This document shows positions 1 to 13,522 of a stretch of DNA of 64,000 nt, in pieces; position 1 is the stretch's first letter, and each line of letters begins with the position of its first letter. The translations under genes were made by a program, and so were the position numbers. The stretch covers positions 62,001-126,000 of the forward strand of contig CATNEN010000034.1 of the NCBI GenBank assembly GCA_950097015.1. Reading direction: 5' to 3'. Below the pieces are notes generated by a model, which saw nothing but the letters and a program-made list of their open reading frames with translations, did no database searches and was not told where the DNA came from. Origin of the DNA: Macrostomum hystrix. Its lineage: Eukaryota; Animalia; Platyhelminthes.

Positions 1-101
1 CGCTGTACCTATTCTCATGCGCTGTACCTATTCTCATGCGCTGTACCTATTCTCATGCGCTGTACCTATTCTCATGCGCTGTACCTATTCTCATGCGCTG
101 T
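1..101. repeat. 19-bp tandem repeat (cgctgtacctattctcatg)n, truncated by the window edge
   Basis: About 5 exact copies are visible from position 1. Confidence 0.95.
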
Positions 102-879
102 GCATTGTTTTAGCGTGAAAATGAATATTTATGGTCAATTAAAGATGATTCAATTAATGAAATCAATATTTTTGTTGAAAAAATCCTATGTCTATCGTTC
201 TACGTTTAACTTCGTTCTACGAAAGCTTCGAAATTGAAATCGCGGACTGCAGGCGATTTCACGAAGGCCAAAAAAACAACGCGTCGTCTCCTAGGAGCAA
301 AAATCGGATGCGGAAAGTCGGCAGCCAAATAATGGGATCAATTGAACAACGAAAGGTAGAAGATTAGAAGGACAAAGAGTAATGGAATGGAAACCTGACT
401 CTGCCCCCCTGCTCATTAGGATAAGTACAGATCAAAATACAGCATAGTAGTCTCTATTCCATCCACTTCTGCATTCTAATTTCACCGCGTTGCCTCCTTT
501 ACAGCCCCGCTCCCCGCAGCTCCTCCTTAACTCCCCCAAGCACCCGGAATTGTCTCCAATATCCCAGGCTAAATACCCTCAGTAGACTGATCACCCTTTG
601 TTGCAGCTGGCAATCTGTTAGAAGGATGAGAAATAGGACGCGTGTGGGAACCCCACCTGCTATAGCTGCTGCTGCTGCTGCTGCTGCCGCTAATGAGGAA
701 AAGACCTGCAGCCTTTAGACTTACTAATTTACGCCTACCTTCCCTGGCATTTAAACCTCGCTTTACTCTTAATGCTTAAATCTGTTTTGTTTCTCACTAT
801 GTACTCATTCTCGCGCTGCTTTTTTCCGCCTTGACTCTATTCTCCTATTTGTGTCCTCCTTTATTAAATTATATTGGGA

Positions 880-1040
880 CCGAGAGGTCGGAAGTTCGAG
901 TCTTAGCCCAAGGTGTGAAATCATATCACCGAGTATGAGTCATGACACTCACTTCTCCATTTCTTCAGTTCATCCAGTATGTAAAATGAGTACAAGCATC
1001 CCCTGGGGTAGAAATTAGGGTGTCCATGTACTTAACCCTT
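880..1040 (+). mobile_element. Degenerate tRNA-derived SINE-like fragment, related to 3400-3612
   Basis: gagaggtcggaagttcgagtcttagccc is B-box-like and resembles the 3.5-kb copy. It is followed by ttcatccagtatgtaaaatgagtac, similar to ttcatccggcagtgaaatgggtacc. Confidence 0.4.
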
Positions 1041-1954
1041 TCTATTTATCCCAGGGTTGCAAAACGTCGCCAGTTTTGCGCCAAAAAAATTTATCCGCCG
1101 AATTAGCGATCGAACAAATATTTTTTATCATACATAAGCAACATGTTTTCAGACATTAAATGCACTTATCTACCTGTGCGAGTATTGCCGAAGTCACAAC
1201 AGAATACACAGTTGTACCCAGACAGGCAAGGTGAATGAGTGCTCAGATAACACAGGCTGTCAAGTAGACAGACAACATCCATGCCTCACTCAGAGCCCAC
1301 TACCATTTATCCTGCACCGGCGAGTCCTATCGAGCACCGCCCCCCCCTCCCCCAGCTAAGCCCTTCAGCGCCCGCCCACGCAAGAGTCTGCATCTTCCAG
1401 CAGAAGAGAGCGAAGCTAGAGTGTGCCCACCTAAACTGAGCCCGAGAGACAGAGACAGGTGGGAAGCCGCGAGAGACTAAGGGGGAAAAAGGAAAAATTG
1501 GGAAATGGATACGAGCTTGGCTGTATTATTCGCACAGCCAAAAAAGTGAGGGAATAAGAGAGAAAATAGGTGCGCTAAGACATAAAGAGTTGCATCAAAG
1601 TGTACCAATATTTTTGGCGTTGTGGTACACTACATTTTCTTTAGGGCTAGAAAAAATGTGCTTGATCTAGGTCCCAGCTTTAACTAAATTGTTTGGTAGA
1701 ATAATCACACGATTATAATTTCATAGCGGTTAGTGTGAATCTTTATGCTATTATAAGTAGTATAAGTTGCACATAAATACAAGTTATATGCAAAACGCAT
1801 GAAATACAAAGAGAGTTTGTATTTGCAAGTAATACAAAAATCTCTTGTACAGATTTCTTATCCTGGTATCCAATATTCGCCCAGGTACTGAAGCAATAGG
1901 TCATTTATAGCTATATAATAATAGCTATATTATTATATAGTTAGGGGACAGAAA

Positions 1955-2070
1955 CAGCACATAGACAGCGCACAGATGGCGCACAGACAGTGCACAGACG
2001 ATGCACAGTTAGCGCACAGACGGTGCACAGATAGCACACAGATGGCACACAGATAGCGCACAGACAGCAT
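1955..2070. repeat. Degenerate gcacaga(t/c)-type short tandem repeat
   Basis: Recurrent gcacagac/gcacagat units of about 10-12 bp. Confidence 0.8.
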
Positions 2071-3399
2071 ACAGATTGTCCCTCCAAAATATATTCCCGC
2101 ACATGCTGTGCCACCTTCCTGACTATGGCCTGTGATACTTCTATGCATAGTTAGATATTGCAATAACAATCAAAAAAACAAAATATAATCATAACAATAA
2201 AGACAATGACCCTAGTAAGCAGAATTCAAATAAATTTAACATTTAAATTTCCTGGTAAGAATATTTACTAAATAAAAAAATGGGCTTATATCTATATAAA
2301 TAGAGTTACACTATTATGCAAGCAAATAATATATAAAATAAAGATTGAAGCTAATTCGTAGAATTACAATACATGCTAGTGTCTAGTGATGAAACTCAGT
2401 TTACATATATAACAATGACTGTTGCAAAACAAGGGACAATATCATAGATTCGATAAGCTTGAGTATGCAAGAAAAAGATAAAGCTATAGTTTTCTTAACT
2501 TATTTGTCTGTTGTCAGAATTGGAATAGGGGTGAGTCCTGATACCACAAAAGAAGAAACAATGATGGCTTTGATTATATTATTTTATATAATTGGCATGT
2601 GAATAAAAGCAGGTCTCTTAGAAGCCATGCAGAAAACAAAAGAACAACCACAAACCCAAACAAACAACGTCTACCTCCTAAGCTATAAAAAAGGAAAGTG
2701 GTTATAGCATTTAGCCCCTTACTCTCTAGTCTAGCAGGTGGCAGTCTCGGTCATTAGTCATATACATATTCATATTTTATATGCTATGCAAGCAGCAAGC
2801 CGATGAGAATATCTATAAAAAGTTCTAAATGAAGGGCTAGAATAGTTTAGGCCTATAAATATGCGTCATTTTTTATATTATTTTTATAAATAATATATCG
2901 TTCGCTCTAATCGCTCATCTCATAACATTTAGGTAAAAAACTATTTCTATGAATTACAACGCTTCAAAAATGTTTATTTCTGATAGTCAGAGTAAAACAA
3001 AAATATTATTAGACGCTAATGTAATAATTTTAAATAGCTTATTTAAAAAATCTTAGAATCCTTAAAGGTAATTTAGAAATCAGTTACAAATCATTTCAAT
3101 CTACGTCATTTTGACGCATCGATCTTTACTTCTTTAATTGTAATTTTGCCTCATCTTGTCGTGACTTGTGTTTTTGGTTGTGGAAGTTTTTGGCCATATG
3201 ATACGCTCATATCGAACATGTATCGAGCTGTATCAAATCTTGTACAACGATAGTATGGAAGGGCGTTGCAATCGCGATAGGCAAAAAATACTTTGACGGT
3301 CAACTTTGCCAGAAAAAATCCATTACGTATAGATAGCCCTTTCCGTATAGATTGCGTTGCTAGCTCTTCCCGAAGCTTTTCATAGTGCCCTGCCATGAC

Positions 3400-3612
3400 A
3401 TCGACTGCAATGACAATGGCATGTGGCACTCCCACCTGCTGAATCCAAATTTCTTCCCCGGCTGATGATGGTACCCATTTCACTGCCGGATGAAATGAAG
3501 CACCATATGTTAATTGCATTGCACAAGGCCATAAATTGTCTTCGTTGGGCTGAGATTCGAACTCCCAACCTCTTTGGTAGAGGTCCGACGCTCTAACCAC
3601 CGGGCTACATGA
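3400..3612 (-). mobile_element. tRNA-headed SINE-like element (family S2)
   Basis: The reverse complement reads gtagcccggtggttagagc (A box) then gggagttcgaatctc (B box), followed by ggccttgtgcaa...tcatccggcagtgaaatgggtacc, a central-domain-like motif. No complete acceptor stem. The 3' boundary is approximate. Confidence 0.55.
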
Positions 3613-4165
3613 ACTTTTGTTGGACAGAATTATGCAAAGAAATTAAACTGCACGAATTTAAACATTTAATGTGCTAACCTTTAGTTTTATGCCTATTTAG
3701 AGAGCTTTGCTTCATTCGTTGTATTATAGCATTCAATAAGACGCAAGAAGACAATATTCACTTTTATGCAGCTATAGAAATCTAAAGAATAATTCGAATG
3801 AATATATGTTGGAGCTTGCTAGACAAGTATGTCGAGCAAGTACGAGTACTACTAGTAATGCCAGACAGTTGCTTTTTTTAATACAAAAATATGCTTTTTC
3901 AAGAATCAATTAACAAAGGCTTTCATCGATATTGATATATTGACAAGTGGGGACATATGTCACTTGAAGCTCGGACTCAAAGAAAAGCATTGTTCATCCA
4001 TACTTTTGCCATGCAGAATGTATATATTTTTATCTGGAAGAACAGTGAATTTTAATTCGATATTGCAAATTTGTATACATAGCACACTACTAAAAACAGT
4101 AAGTAGTAAAATTGCAACTAATAGTACTGGAGTTAAAGAAGCGAAAATAAAAGGGCCAGATGGTG

Positions 4166-7100
4166 TCAGACAATGTCGCCGACCTTGCCCAGCCGTCCGG
4201 CAGAGTTCATGCGTCGAAGTGAAGCTTGATTCTGCCGCACTGGCAGCGAAATCGGCCTGCTGGCCACCGGGGCAGCAGCGGCTGCCGCGCCTTCGCTGGC
4301 AGAAGCTGGCCGCAGTCGAACCAGAGACCCCGGATCGCCGCTTTTCCCCAGCTTGATGCCGGCGCCAATCGCACTGTGGGAAAGCGTCACCCGGGACGGA
4401 GTTGGCGCCGGCAGCGACGGCTTTGCCCCGGCGTCGGGGTAGTCGACGAGTTGCTCATCGATCAGCAGCAGTCGACGGCGATGACCGACACCGACACCGC
4501 CAGTTGGTGGCCGTCTGCCGCGGTCTTGCTGAAGCTGTGGCGGCCCATAGCTGGCGGATGCCTGGAGTTTGAGGAGATGAGATTCTGGATTTGCAGACTG
4601 CAATTTTCAGACTCGTTGCTTTTTAATTCGATTGACTTAACTCAAGACTTAAAAAGTAGCGCGTGGTTGACTGGGCTCTTGCTGAACTCATGCTTCCTGT
4701 GTACTCTCTACTGTGAACAGTGGGGCAAATACATACAGTACATCTGCGTAGCAAGGCCATGTGTGTTTACGTAGGTGCTGTGACAATCACACATAGGGAG
4801 GGGCTAAATGTATTCCTTCGTGTTTGGGACTCAAGCCTAGAGATTTCGATGCCGAAGTGCACCATTTGTGGATATGTGGATATAATAACAATAATAATTG
4901 CAGAAGTGCTGCGTGCAATGCCACTTCTTGTGGTGACACAAGACCCGCAGCCAGCGAGGAGGCAATTCTGCCCATTTCGATGACTCCTGAGCACACGCAA
5001 ACAGATACCGTACGCAGGCATACGCTCACACAGGTGTGTACATCTGCCCTGAATTTCTCATCGTCAGGCAGTGTACACTTTCACTGTTTACTTGGAGCTT
5101 GGCCATCAAGGGCGTAATTGAACGACAGCCCTCAAACCGTCTCTCGGCGGCTGCGCCCCAAATGAATGTGGTCTCGCCGCGGAATTGAGCTCAGGGACCT
5201 TGGTGCGAGAGGCAGACGCGCTAACCGCATGGTGTGGATGGTGTCGACTCCCCAATCTTCAGTGCGTTTGGGAGGGCAAACCATAAGGAGGATTTCACGG
5301 AGTTTGGTGTGGGGTAGTATCTTTGAGATTGAGCACACCTTCATAAGCGCGTGGTAGGAAAATTTTGTTGTACGGCTCAATTTAAACCTGGTTTTTGCTC
5401 CTTTCTCGCCTATAGAACTCACCTGTGTCTGATAGGTGGCTGCGCCTGGCCGCCCTGACCCGGATTCGGCGAGTCGATACACCCGCACCAGTTCGCTATT
5501 CTCCACTACGGGGGAGCTCGCCGGCTGCAGAACTCGACGCGGCTGCGGCGGCGCCCTACGCTGGCAGGCATCAGGATTGAAGCCGGCATTGTCTCCGAGG
5601 ACGGCACCGACTGAAGCCCGGAAGCGGTTCAGAGACTTGGTCCGGCGCATCCGTCTGGCCTCGGCGTTCTGACTCGATGCCGGCGGCGGTGGTCGATGCT
5701 CTGGGGATTCTTCTCGGTCGCCATCGTCATTGGCAGCAACGTCTTCCAGAGCCAGTGCGTCGCAGCCGACGACCAGTCCATCTGCTCTCGGCGTTGCCAA
5801 CGGCTGCGATGGTGTCGATGGCTTCTCCGCCCGGCTGGACACGATGTCCACCCAGGCGTTGTCAGAAGCATCGCCGCCGGCGTTCTTCGTTTCAGCCGTC
5901 GCAGCCGTTGCTGGCTGGCGGTTGGAACGACCATCCGGCAGATGGCTCACATCTGCAGTTAACCAGGTTAGCATTTGAGAACAATCTGATGCTTGTTAAA
6001 CCCAGGTAGTTTGCACGCTTACCTTTCGGAGCTTTGTAGTCCACAATGGCGGCTGCGTGCCAGTTGCCACAGGCTACTGACAGGACGGCGAATGGGACCG
6101 GCACGCGGCGCGGTTCGAACACTCGCGGCGCCAAAGATTCAGAGTCGCCAACTGGCGCGGCGGTCGCTGTGGCCGGCAGCACGCCAGAGTTTCGGCCCCA
6201 CATCCACAGCTCGCCCTCGCAAGCGGTTACGGCGCTGGAGAAGTTCTCGGCCGCGTCGACGCTGGCGAGGCGGCCGTCGCCTGACACCCAGCTGAGGTCG
6301 ACTGGCGTAGGCGAGGCGGCGAAGTTGACTCGTTCTCCAAAGCCGCATTGTCCATCGAGATTGCAGCCGAGAGCGAATAGGCGAGATCCATCGACGGAGA
6401 GGAACAGTGAGTGACTGGAGCCGCCGCTGCGATATTTCGGTGAGACTACATTTCTTAGAAAAAGTTAAGAAGACAGGTTTCGCCTAAATATTTCTGCACT
6501 AATTTAGTGGCTGTGTTTAATTGGAAGCGGAGCAAAGGCTTATCTTATGATACGCTCGTATTAGTTTCATTATTAATAGCTTCATGAATTTCTGATAAGA
6601 CTTTTCAGTGAAAAAAAAGATTTCCTATTTTTCTCTTCATGCCCTTCGCAGCCTAAAAATGCATTAAGCTCCAGGAACAACAAAACAACAGAACTACCAA
6701 GGGGGGAATTCTGCCAGACATTTTTTGTTCTGCACCCGAACGGAGCAGCGCAAGCACACGACATTCAAGAACACGGGCTAACTTTTTTGTCCAGGCCAAA
6801 GGTGTGATTTTTCCCATAAGCGCAAGTGTATTTCATACACCCCCATACACGAATTAGCACTGCGCCTCAGTGCGGCCTTGCCAAGTATTCAAAGTTCATC
6901 AGCATATCACCCGAGTGTGCTTGCATCATCTCCGTCTTCGGCGGTCACCTACCTTTATCTAGACGGATTTTCTGGACCTTCAAGGGCAAAAACAGGTGGA
7001 AATATGCCACTATTGACACCCTGACGCGAATTTCTCCAATTTCACAGATCAAGCGAAAATACTAGACGCAGCTCAACCACAGGACACCATCGCTTACTCT

Positions 7101-9337
7101 ATCAACCAATCAGTCACCACCCAACGCTGTTAGCATTCAGTTGCTGCCAAAAATATTCAGGAAATCCTCCCTTGGTATAAAAACGGGTGGCAAAAGGGCT
7201 TGATAATCCTACTGTTAATATAGGCATACTAGTAAAGAAAATGCTATGAAGATACACTTTTTAGGAAACAAGTTTTGTAAAATTCGTTGAAGGAACATAT
7301 TAAGTAAGTCATATCAAAAGAAGAGCTTCCTAAACTCAAAACCAACCTCATAATAAACTTTTCTATAGGTGTAGTTTCCCGTCCTACTCCGAGAGTTCCT
7401 TAACAGGCGCATGGGTGAAATGAGCACGGGCAGACAATATGGATCAAGGCAACCACTGAGATGCGAAATCTACATTTAATTATTGGAAGCATCGCTAATT
7501 ACCAAGCACTCGCAATAGGCGTCTGCTCAGCTTCGGCAGTCGAAGTTGACTCCGTCAGAAAGTTGAGCAGCTTCGGCTTGAACAAGTGATCGCTGCGGCT
7601 GCCGCACGCCCGGCAGTAGCCCCACACGTAGCAGCGGCCGGTGTCTGGAATTGGGAAATCTGATTTGCTGATACTCAAAGAATAAAAAATCTGGATTAAA
7701 TGACTTCACCCACCGTCAATGGCGAGGCTGTGATTCTGGCCGGCGCTGATCCTTGCCACCGGGCTGCGGAATGCGCCCTCAATTGGTGCCGGCTTCTCAA
7801 GTACATCAGTCTTGACACCTTCAGGCATGGGGACCCCAAGCTGGCCATAGACATTGCGCCTATTTGTTAATAAAAAATTGAAGTTTATTGCGAAAATTTT
7901 GCGATTTTTCTGGTTTAGTCCGAATCAGTGATCCAGATTCTTGACTAGCTTGCTCTCACCTCCAGGTTATGAATGGACTGTCACCTCCAGGTTATCTATG
8001 GACTGTCGCCTCCAGGTTATCTATGGACTGTCGCCTCCAGGTTTTCTATGGACTGTCGCCTCCAGGTTATCTATGGACTGTCGCCTCCAGGTTATCTATG
8101 GACTGTCACCTCCAGGTTATCTATGGACTGTCACCTCCAGGTTATCTATGGACTGTCGCCTCCAGGTTATCTATGGACTGTCACCTCCAGGTTATCTATG
8201 GACTGTCGCCTCCAGGTTATCTATGGACTGTCGCCTCCAGGTTATCTATGGACTGTCGCCTCCAGGTTATCTATGGACTGTCACCTCCAGGTTATCTATG
8301 GACTGTCACCTCCAGGTTATCTATGGACTGTCACCTCCAGGTTATCTATGGACTGTCACCTCCAGGTTATCTATGGACTGTCACCTCCAGGTTATCTATG
8401 GACTGTAGATAACAGAAGATTAGATAATGGAGCAGAAAACTGAGTTAAATTTGCACACTAGATAGACTTAAACAAACGCACCCGACTGATACGACTTCGC
8501 CAGAGCTGCACAGCAATAGCGAATGGTACTGACCACAGGCCACTTGCTTCACTTTGTCTGGCAGCGCCAAGGAAACCGGGATCAGCTGTCAAGTATTAAA
8601 TGAGAATTACAATATTAATTGACCGAGTTAGAAACCGTGTTAAGTATAAAAGGAGACATTTGGAGTCTCAGAACCGAAGATACTACCGTTAGTAGAGCAA
8701 GATGCGCGCTAGACCTACCCTATCTTGCCGCTGCATTTCCTCCAGCGCGTCAACTGACAGCTGGGCGTAGAAATTGCAGCCGCAGCCTCGCACGGTGCCA
8801 TCGCGTAGGAGGAACAGACTGTGCTTGTCCCCAGCTGAAACCTGGACAATCTCGGCGTCGATAGATGCTCGAGTGGGCGTCAAACAGTGCCGTTGATGCG
8901 AGCAACCAAGCCTTATCAAAAACAGTTGCACAGAACAGTGTTAAATAATGTCTAGCTCGTAGTCTGGCTATGTTGATAATTTAGGACTGGAAAATAAAAA
9001 CTATGCTTACTGGCCATTTTGGTTGTTTCCCCAGCCAAGAACTGTGCCATCACCTAAAATAGAGAATTGGAGTTGAATTATGTAAACAGATAATGTAATA
9101 AGAAGCAAAATTTACACAGTGACTATTACCTTTTAATGCAAAGGTATAAAATGCTCCACAAAACACTGCTGATACGTTTACAGAAGGATTCTTCAGGAAA
9201 CCATCAACCGCGCAGATGTTATCATCTATAATGTGGCCATGCTGTCCAAATGCACCACTGCCCCAGCAAAATACCCTCGCTTCAGGAACAGGAGCGTCAT
9301 GCGCACCTTCCGTGTGAGTCGAGTGGCTAAATTTCAT
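4166..9337 (-). CDS. RCC1-repeat (beta-propeller) protein with a low-complexity C-terminal half, ~721 aa, 9 coding exons
   Basis: Phase-consistent GT-AG exons: 9337-9130, 9053-9011, 8911-8719, 8585-8482, 7859-7714, 7644-7503, 6426-6023, 5952-5423, 4561-4166 (alternative in-frame acceptor at 4597). RCC1 motifs include VFCWGSGAFGQHG, GWGNNQNGQLG, VSAGDKHSLFL, VACGQYHSLLL, ISAGQNHSLAI and VACGNWHAAAI. The start ATG is tentative. Confidence 0.85.
4942..5235 (-). mobile_element. ~300-bp tRNA-headed SINE-like element (family S1), intronic copy
   Basis: Colinear with 13993-14293 and 40986-41278; shares gacccgcagccagcgaggaggca and gagctcagggaccttggtg. Confidence 0.75.
6686..7214. mobile_element. ~530-bp non-autonomous TIR DNA transposon (family A), in an RCC1 gene intron
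   Basis: Ends are caacagaactaccaag and cttgataatcctactg followed by ttaa. The internal sequence is the reverse complement of 14857-15399. Confidence 0.8.
7957..8406. repeat. 25-bp minisatellite (c[a/g]cctccaggttatctatggactgt), ~18 copies, intronic
   Basis: Directly visible; lies between RCC1 exons 8585-8482 and 7859-7714. Confidence 0.97.
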
Positions 9338-10847
9338 AAACTTGTGAAAATTCAAAGAGACACTTATGTGCCTCAACTATCATGACAATCGATTTCTATA
9401 AAGAATAGAAATTTATGGGAGTAAAAGCTTAACTGCGATTATTTATGACTACCAGTTGATAATAATGATTCGGCTTCCTGACTTAGATTAAAAAAGATCG
9501 CTAAAATTATTATTTAAAAACATATAAAGCATGAACTATGCATGTAATAAATAATTTTGTTTGTTTTGTAGAAGATCACTCTTAATACCTTAGAGATGCT
9601 ATATTATCTATGGAAACAATCACGAGAAAAAATACTTTAAAGCTGAGTTTCTTTATTTGGCTTGGTACCACAAAAAGCTAATAAGAGTCATGAAATCAAA
9701 AAACGAATGTACATGGCAACCGTTAAAACAATTAATTACAAAAATATTTATTGAATAAGAAAAGCCTTAGACGAACTGAATCTCTAAAAAGGTATATTTG
9801 AGAATGTGAAAGTAAAAAAGAAAGTTCCTATGCCTACCTCATATTCACGAAGAGATATCGACAACTTGGGTTAAGCTAGAAAAAATAAAGAAATAGTAAA
9901 AAGCAGTTATTATCCTTAAAATCATTTGCGAGGTACTAGAAGCATATTAATTTGCAGCTCTAAATGCTTGTGGTACTGCATGAAAGAAAAGCAAGTACTG
10001 TGCATTTATAAACCCACATGGCAGCCTATCATTCCAATATTATTCTTTTTTGTACTTGCAATTTTTAACGAATTTTTTTCTACGAAAGCTTCAGAATTAT
10101 CGCTCAGCCACCGGTCGTTAGATAAAATTTTAATTGGTCTACGATTACATGTATATACTTTTCCTTTACCCGTACCTTCGCTTTCGTATTACTTACTGAT
10201 GTGATTATTCAAATTATTAAATAAGTCGAGTTACACTGGCTAATTACATTAATGCCTTAGTACTAACAATTACGCCCACGAATGGCACAATGAGCGTTAT
10301 ATGTATAATATATATGATGTGATACGATGATACCTTATGATGAAGGATATAATATATATATAAGGTATAGCTATTGCTATACAATAGCTATTGCTATAGT
10401 TATTGCTCCTAAGTAGTATTTACTATGTGCTTTTAAATGTCTAAAATTTGGACTACATTGGCTGTCTCTCACACTCAAAGTCATGATAAAGCATCATTGA
10501 TTTATTTTCTTAAATGAAAAAATAGTAGCAGCCCTGCTATAAAATTATTATTACTAACAGAACTGAGTCAAGTAGGCCTATAGTATTGGTTTTCTACTCT
10601 GAATTAGCCTATTGTATATTTTTGCACCTTTGGAGTTTGGGCACCCTACTACAGCATGCTAGCTTACCACCTGACTGTCAAAATATATATTGACACTTCC
10701 AAGATCAAAACAACCCAGAGGCCTACAAATACTATTGAAGGTATATGGGTGGTGGGCCCTCTGTAAGGCCAAATTTCCTACCATGCATGGAGCCAGTGAT
10801 CTATTTGAGACTTACCCCTAGAACTACATGTAACACTATCTTCCCAT

Positions 10848-11100
10848 CATACATGCGCAATACCCAGCCGGGTGAAACGAGGGCCAAGCAAGGTAAGTAG
10901 CAAAAACCAATCAACCAAGCGCAAAAAAATCTAAGGGGGGACCAAGGGACAAAAAAGGAAGGCGTGAAGAAAAGGAAAAAAGGGGAGAGAAAAAGAGAGC
11001 AAATATGAGCAAACTAAGTTGTAAATTAATCAATGAAACAAACTAAGTTGTAAATAGAGCAAAAACGGCCGGCTAAGATTTGGGAGGTTGCGCATGTATG
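10848..11100. mobile_element. hAT-like MITE (family C) copy 1, 253 bp
   Basis: TIR catacatgcgcaa...ttgcgcatgtatg with exact 8-bp TSD cttcccat (10840-10847 and 11101-11108). Confidence 0.9.
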
Positions 11101-11799
11101 CTTCCCATCCATCAGTTTGGCAATGTCTTATGCTTGACTACACAATAGGCCCTATTACCCCCTGTGACTCTTTTTGACTTACTTGGCTTGATGTTTGGGC
11201 ATAACTGTGGTTTCTCTCTCTAAATTATTTTAAAATATTTTTGCCTAGGTGATTAGCCTGGTTGAGAGAGGCAAAAAGTGCTGCTTAAGGCTTCGGCCGA
11301 AATCATTATATGCTGGTTGTAAAAAAATAACAACATTATCTAAATCGTCATATTGTCCACATTGGACAATTTGACATACACGAGATCGTCATTTTGTTAT
11401 TTTATTGGCTCCACAAACAGCTTTGTTGAAAGCATAAGCAAAGTGAAGCCTACTTTTTTGGCCTTGTCTCACTTGGCTCTATAAAAATAATGTCATTTGA
11501 GCCACTCAAAGTACATTGCACATTACATAACATGTGCACTGAATTTCGTTCAGCATGTAGCTATGTACATGTGAATTAAACATGCCCTTCTATTGTATTG
11601 TCATTCTATAGCAATGCCAATTATTTGCATGATGTACATATGCACAAGTACACTGATACCACAGATGTTGTGCACACTGTGAATTTTATAAACAGACACT
11701 CAGCTCTTAGAGCCAAGTCATTGTTTGACTTGAATTGAAACAGGAGCATGAGATCTGCAAATACTTGACTATAGGCCTACAAATAGTCAAGATTGTCAT

Positions 11800-12079
11800 C
11801 ATACATGTGCAACCTCCCAAATCTTAGCCAGCTGTGCGACTTAGTTTTTGCTCTATTTACAACTTAGTTTGTTTCATTGATTAATTTACAACTTAGTTTG
11901 CTCTTATTTGCTCTCTTTTTCTCTCCCCTTTTTCCTTTTCTTCACGCCTTCCTTTTTTGTCCCTTGGTCCCCCTTTTGATTTTTTTGCGCTTGGTCAATT
12001 GGTTTTTGCGACTTACCTTGCTTGGCCCTTGTTTCACCTGGCCGGTTTGGCCAGGTCGGCCGGGTGTTGCACATGTATG
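11800..12079. mobile_element. hAT-like MITE (family C) copy 2, inverted relative to copy 1
   Basis: TIR catacatgtgcaa...ttgcacatgtatg with 8-bp TSD attgtcat (11792-11799 and 12080-12087). Confidence 0.9.
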
Positions 12080-13272
12080 ATTGTCATATTAAATAGAATA
12101 TTGTGATACTTTTGTGCAAATCGTCATATGACATTTTAGAATATGACGATTTGGTCTGTACCCCTGCTTAATGGCTATAGTTTCAGGCAGGTCTGCCAAC
12201 AGTCTGATTCTGATCATTAATCAGACTGTTCTCCCAGGCAAACCCTTAATTTATACAGATCAATGGGCAGACTACAACAAACAAGCCAACCACCTGACCA
12301 TTAACCATTCTCTAGACTTTTGACTCTTTTTGATGTAACCACTCACTTGCTCTGGGTGCCTTAGGTAATCAAAATATGCAGTGTTGGGCACAAATCTGAT
12401 ACTTCAATACTTCAATACTTCAAATTCTTCAAATACTTCAAATTCTCAGAATTGGATGTTGATATCAGGCAACACATTTTCTTAAGTCTGATAATCTAAA
12501 ACATTTAATATAATAGTAATAAATATTGTTCTGTCTTCACTAAAAAGCCTAGAAATGATTAAAAAAGTAAAAAATATAAAATATATGTTAATCACGGGAT
12601 TTATTTAATATATAAGCACTTTTAAATTTAGATTTTGATAATTTTTTTATGCATAAAAATTAGATTGCATTCATATATGCAATGTAGATTATTGTTCTCA
12701 TTCTGATCTGAACACTCATGATGTCTACTGATGATGATGTAATTTATGTTGATGATGCTTCTGTGACTGCTTTCACCACTAGCACTCAAGGCCAAAATCA
12801 GCCTAATCATGAGAATCTAATTGTGTCAGTGCCAGTTTGCCAAGTTTCGTACCTAAAACTGAAAATATATTAAAATAATCTGGCAAACTTAAGTTATGCA
12901 AATGTTTGCTCTTAAAATGAAATATCCAAAAAAAATTTAATTTAGAGAGGAAAACCAAAAATATGCCCCGAAAGCAACTAAGTATACAATAACAAACTAT
13001 ACAATGTTGCTAAAAATATTTGAATTAAACATTTCTATAAAATGAAAATTCGTTCTTCATATAAATGTAAATGTAATATGTTGGCAGTTTGTATGTCAAT
13101 GACCTGATCCATTTCAATACACTCATTTACATTATAATGAATTTATGATGAATTCATTTACATTACAATTAGCTAGGTGTTTTAGCAATCCTATAAATCC
13201 ATTTTTAAGTAAATGCTAGGTCATTGACTAATTTTTTTGTTGGTATTAGCCTAAAATATATATTGTTATATA

Positions 13273-13522
13273 TATACATGTGCAACCTCCCAAATCTTGG
13301 CCGGCCATGCAACTTAGTTTTTGCTCTATTTACGACTTAGTTTGCTCTCATTTGCTCTATTTTTCTCTCCCCTATTTCCTCTTCTTCACGCCTTCCTTTT
13401 TTGTCCCTTGGTCCCCCCTTTGATTTTTTGCACTTGGTTGATTGGTTTTTGCGACTTACCTTGCTTGGCCCTTGTTTCACCCATCCAGTTCGGCCGGGTC
13501 AGCCTGGTGTTGCGCATGTATG
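13273..13522. mobile_element. hAT-like MITE (family C) copy 3
   Basis: TIR tatacatgtgcaa...ttgcgcatgtatg with 8-bp TSD gttatata (13265-13272 and 13523-13530). Confidence 0.9.

Noticed and set aside
380-700. Possible reverse-transcriptase fragment on the minus strand
   Set aside because: Only vague motif resemblance, in the wrong order, with multiple stops.
3540-3612. Functional tRNA gene
   Set aside because: A/B boxes are present but there is no pairing acceptor stem, and it continues into a repeat body; treated as a SINE head. tRNAscan-SE would settle it.
4226-6414. Overlapping antisense and alternate-frame ORFs over GC-rich exons (also within NAGK, DENR, bestrophin, tubulin)
   Set aside because: Expected shadow ORFs from GC-rich codon usage; no recognisable domains.
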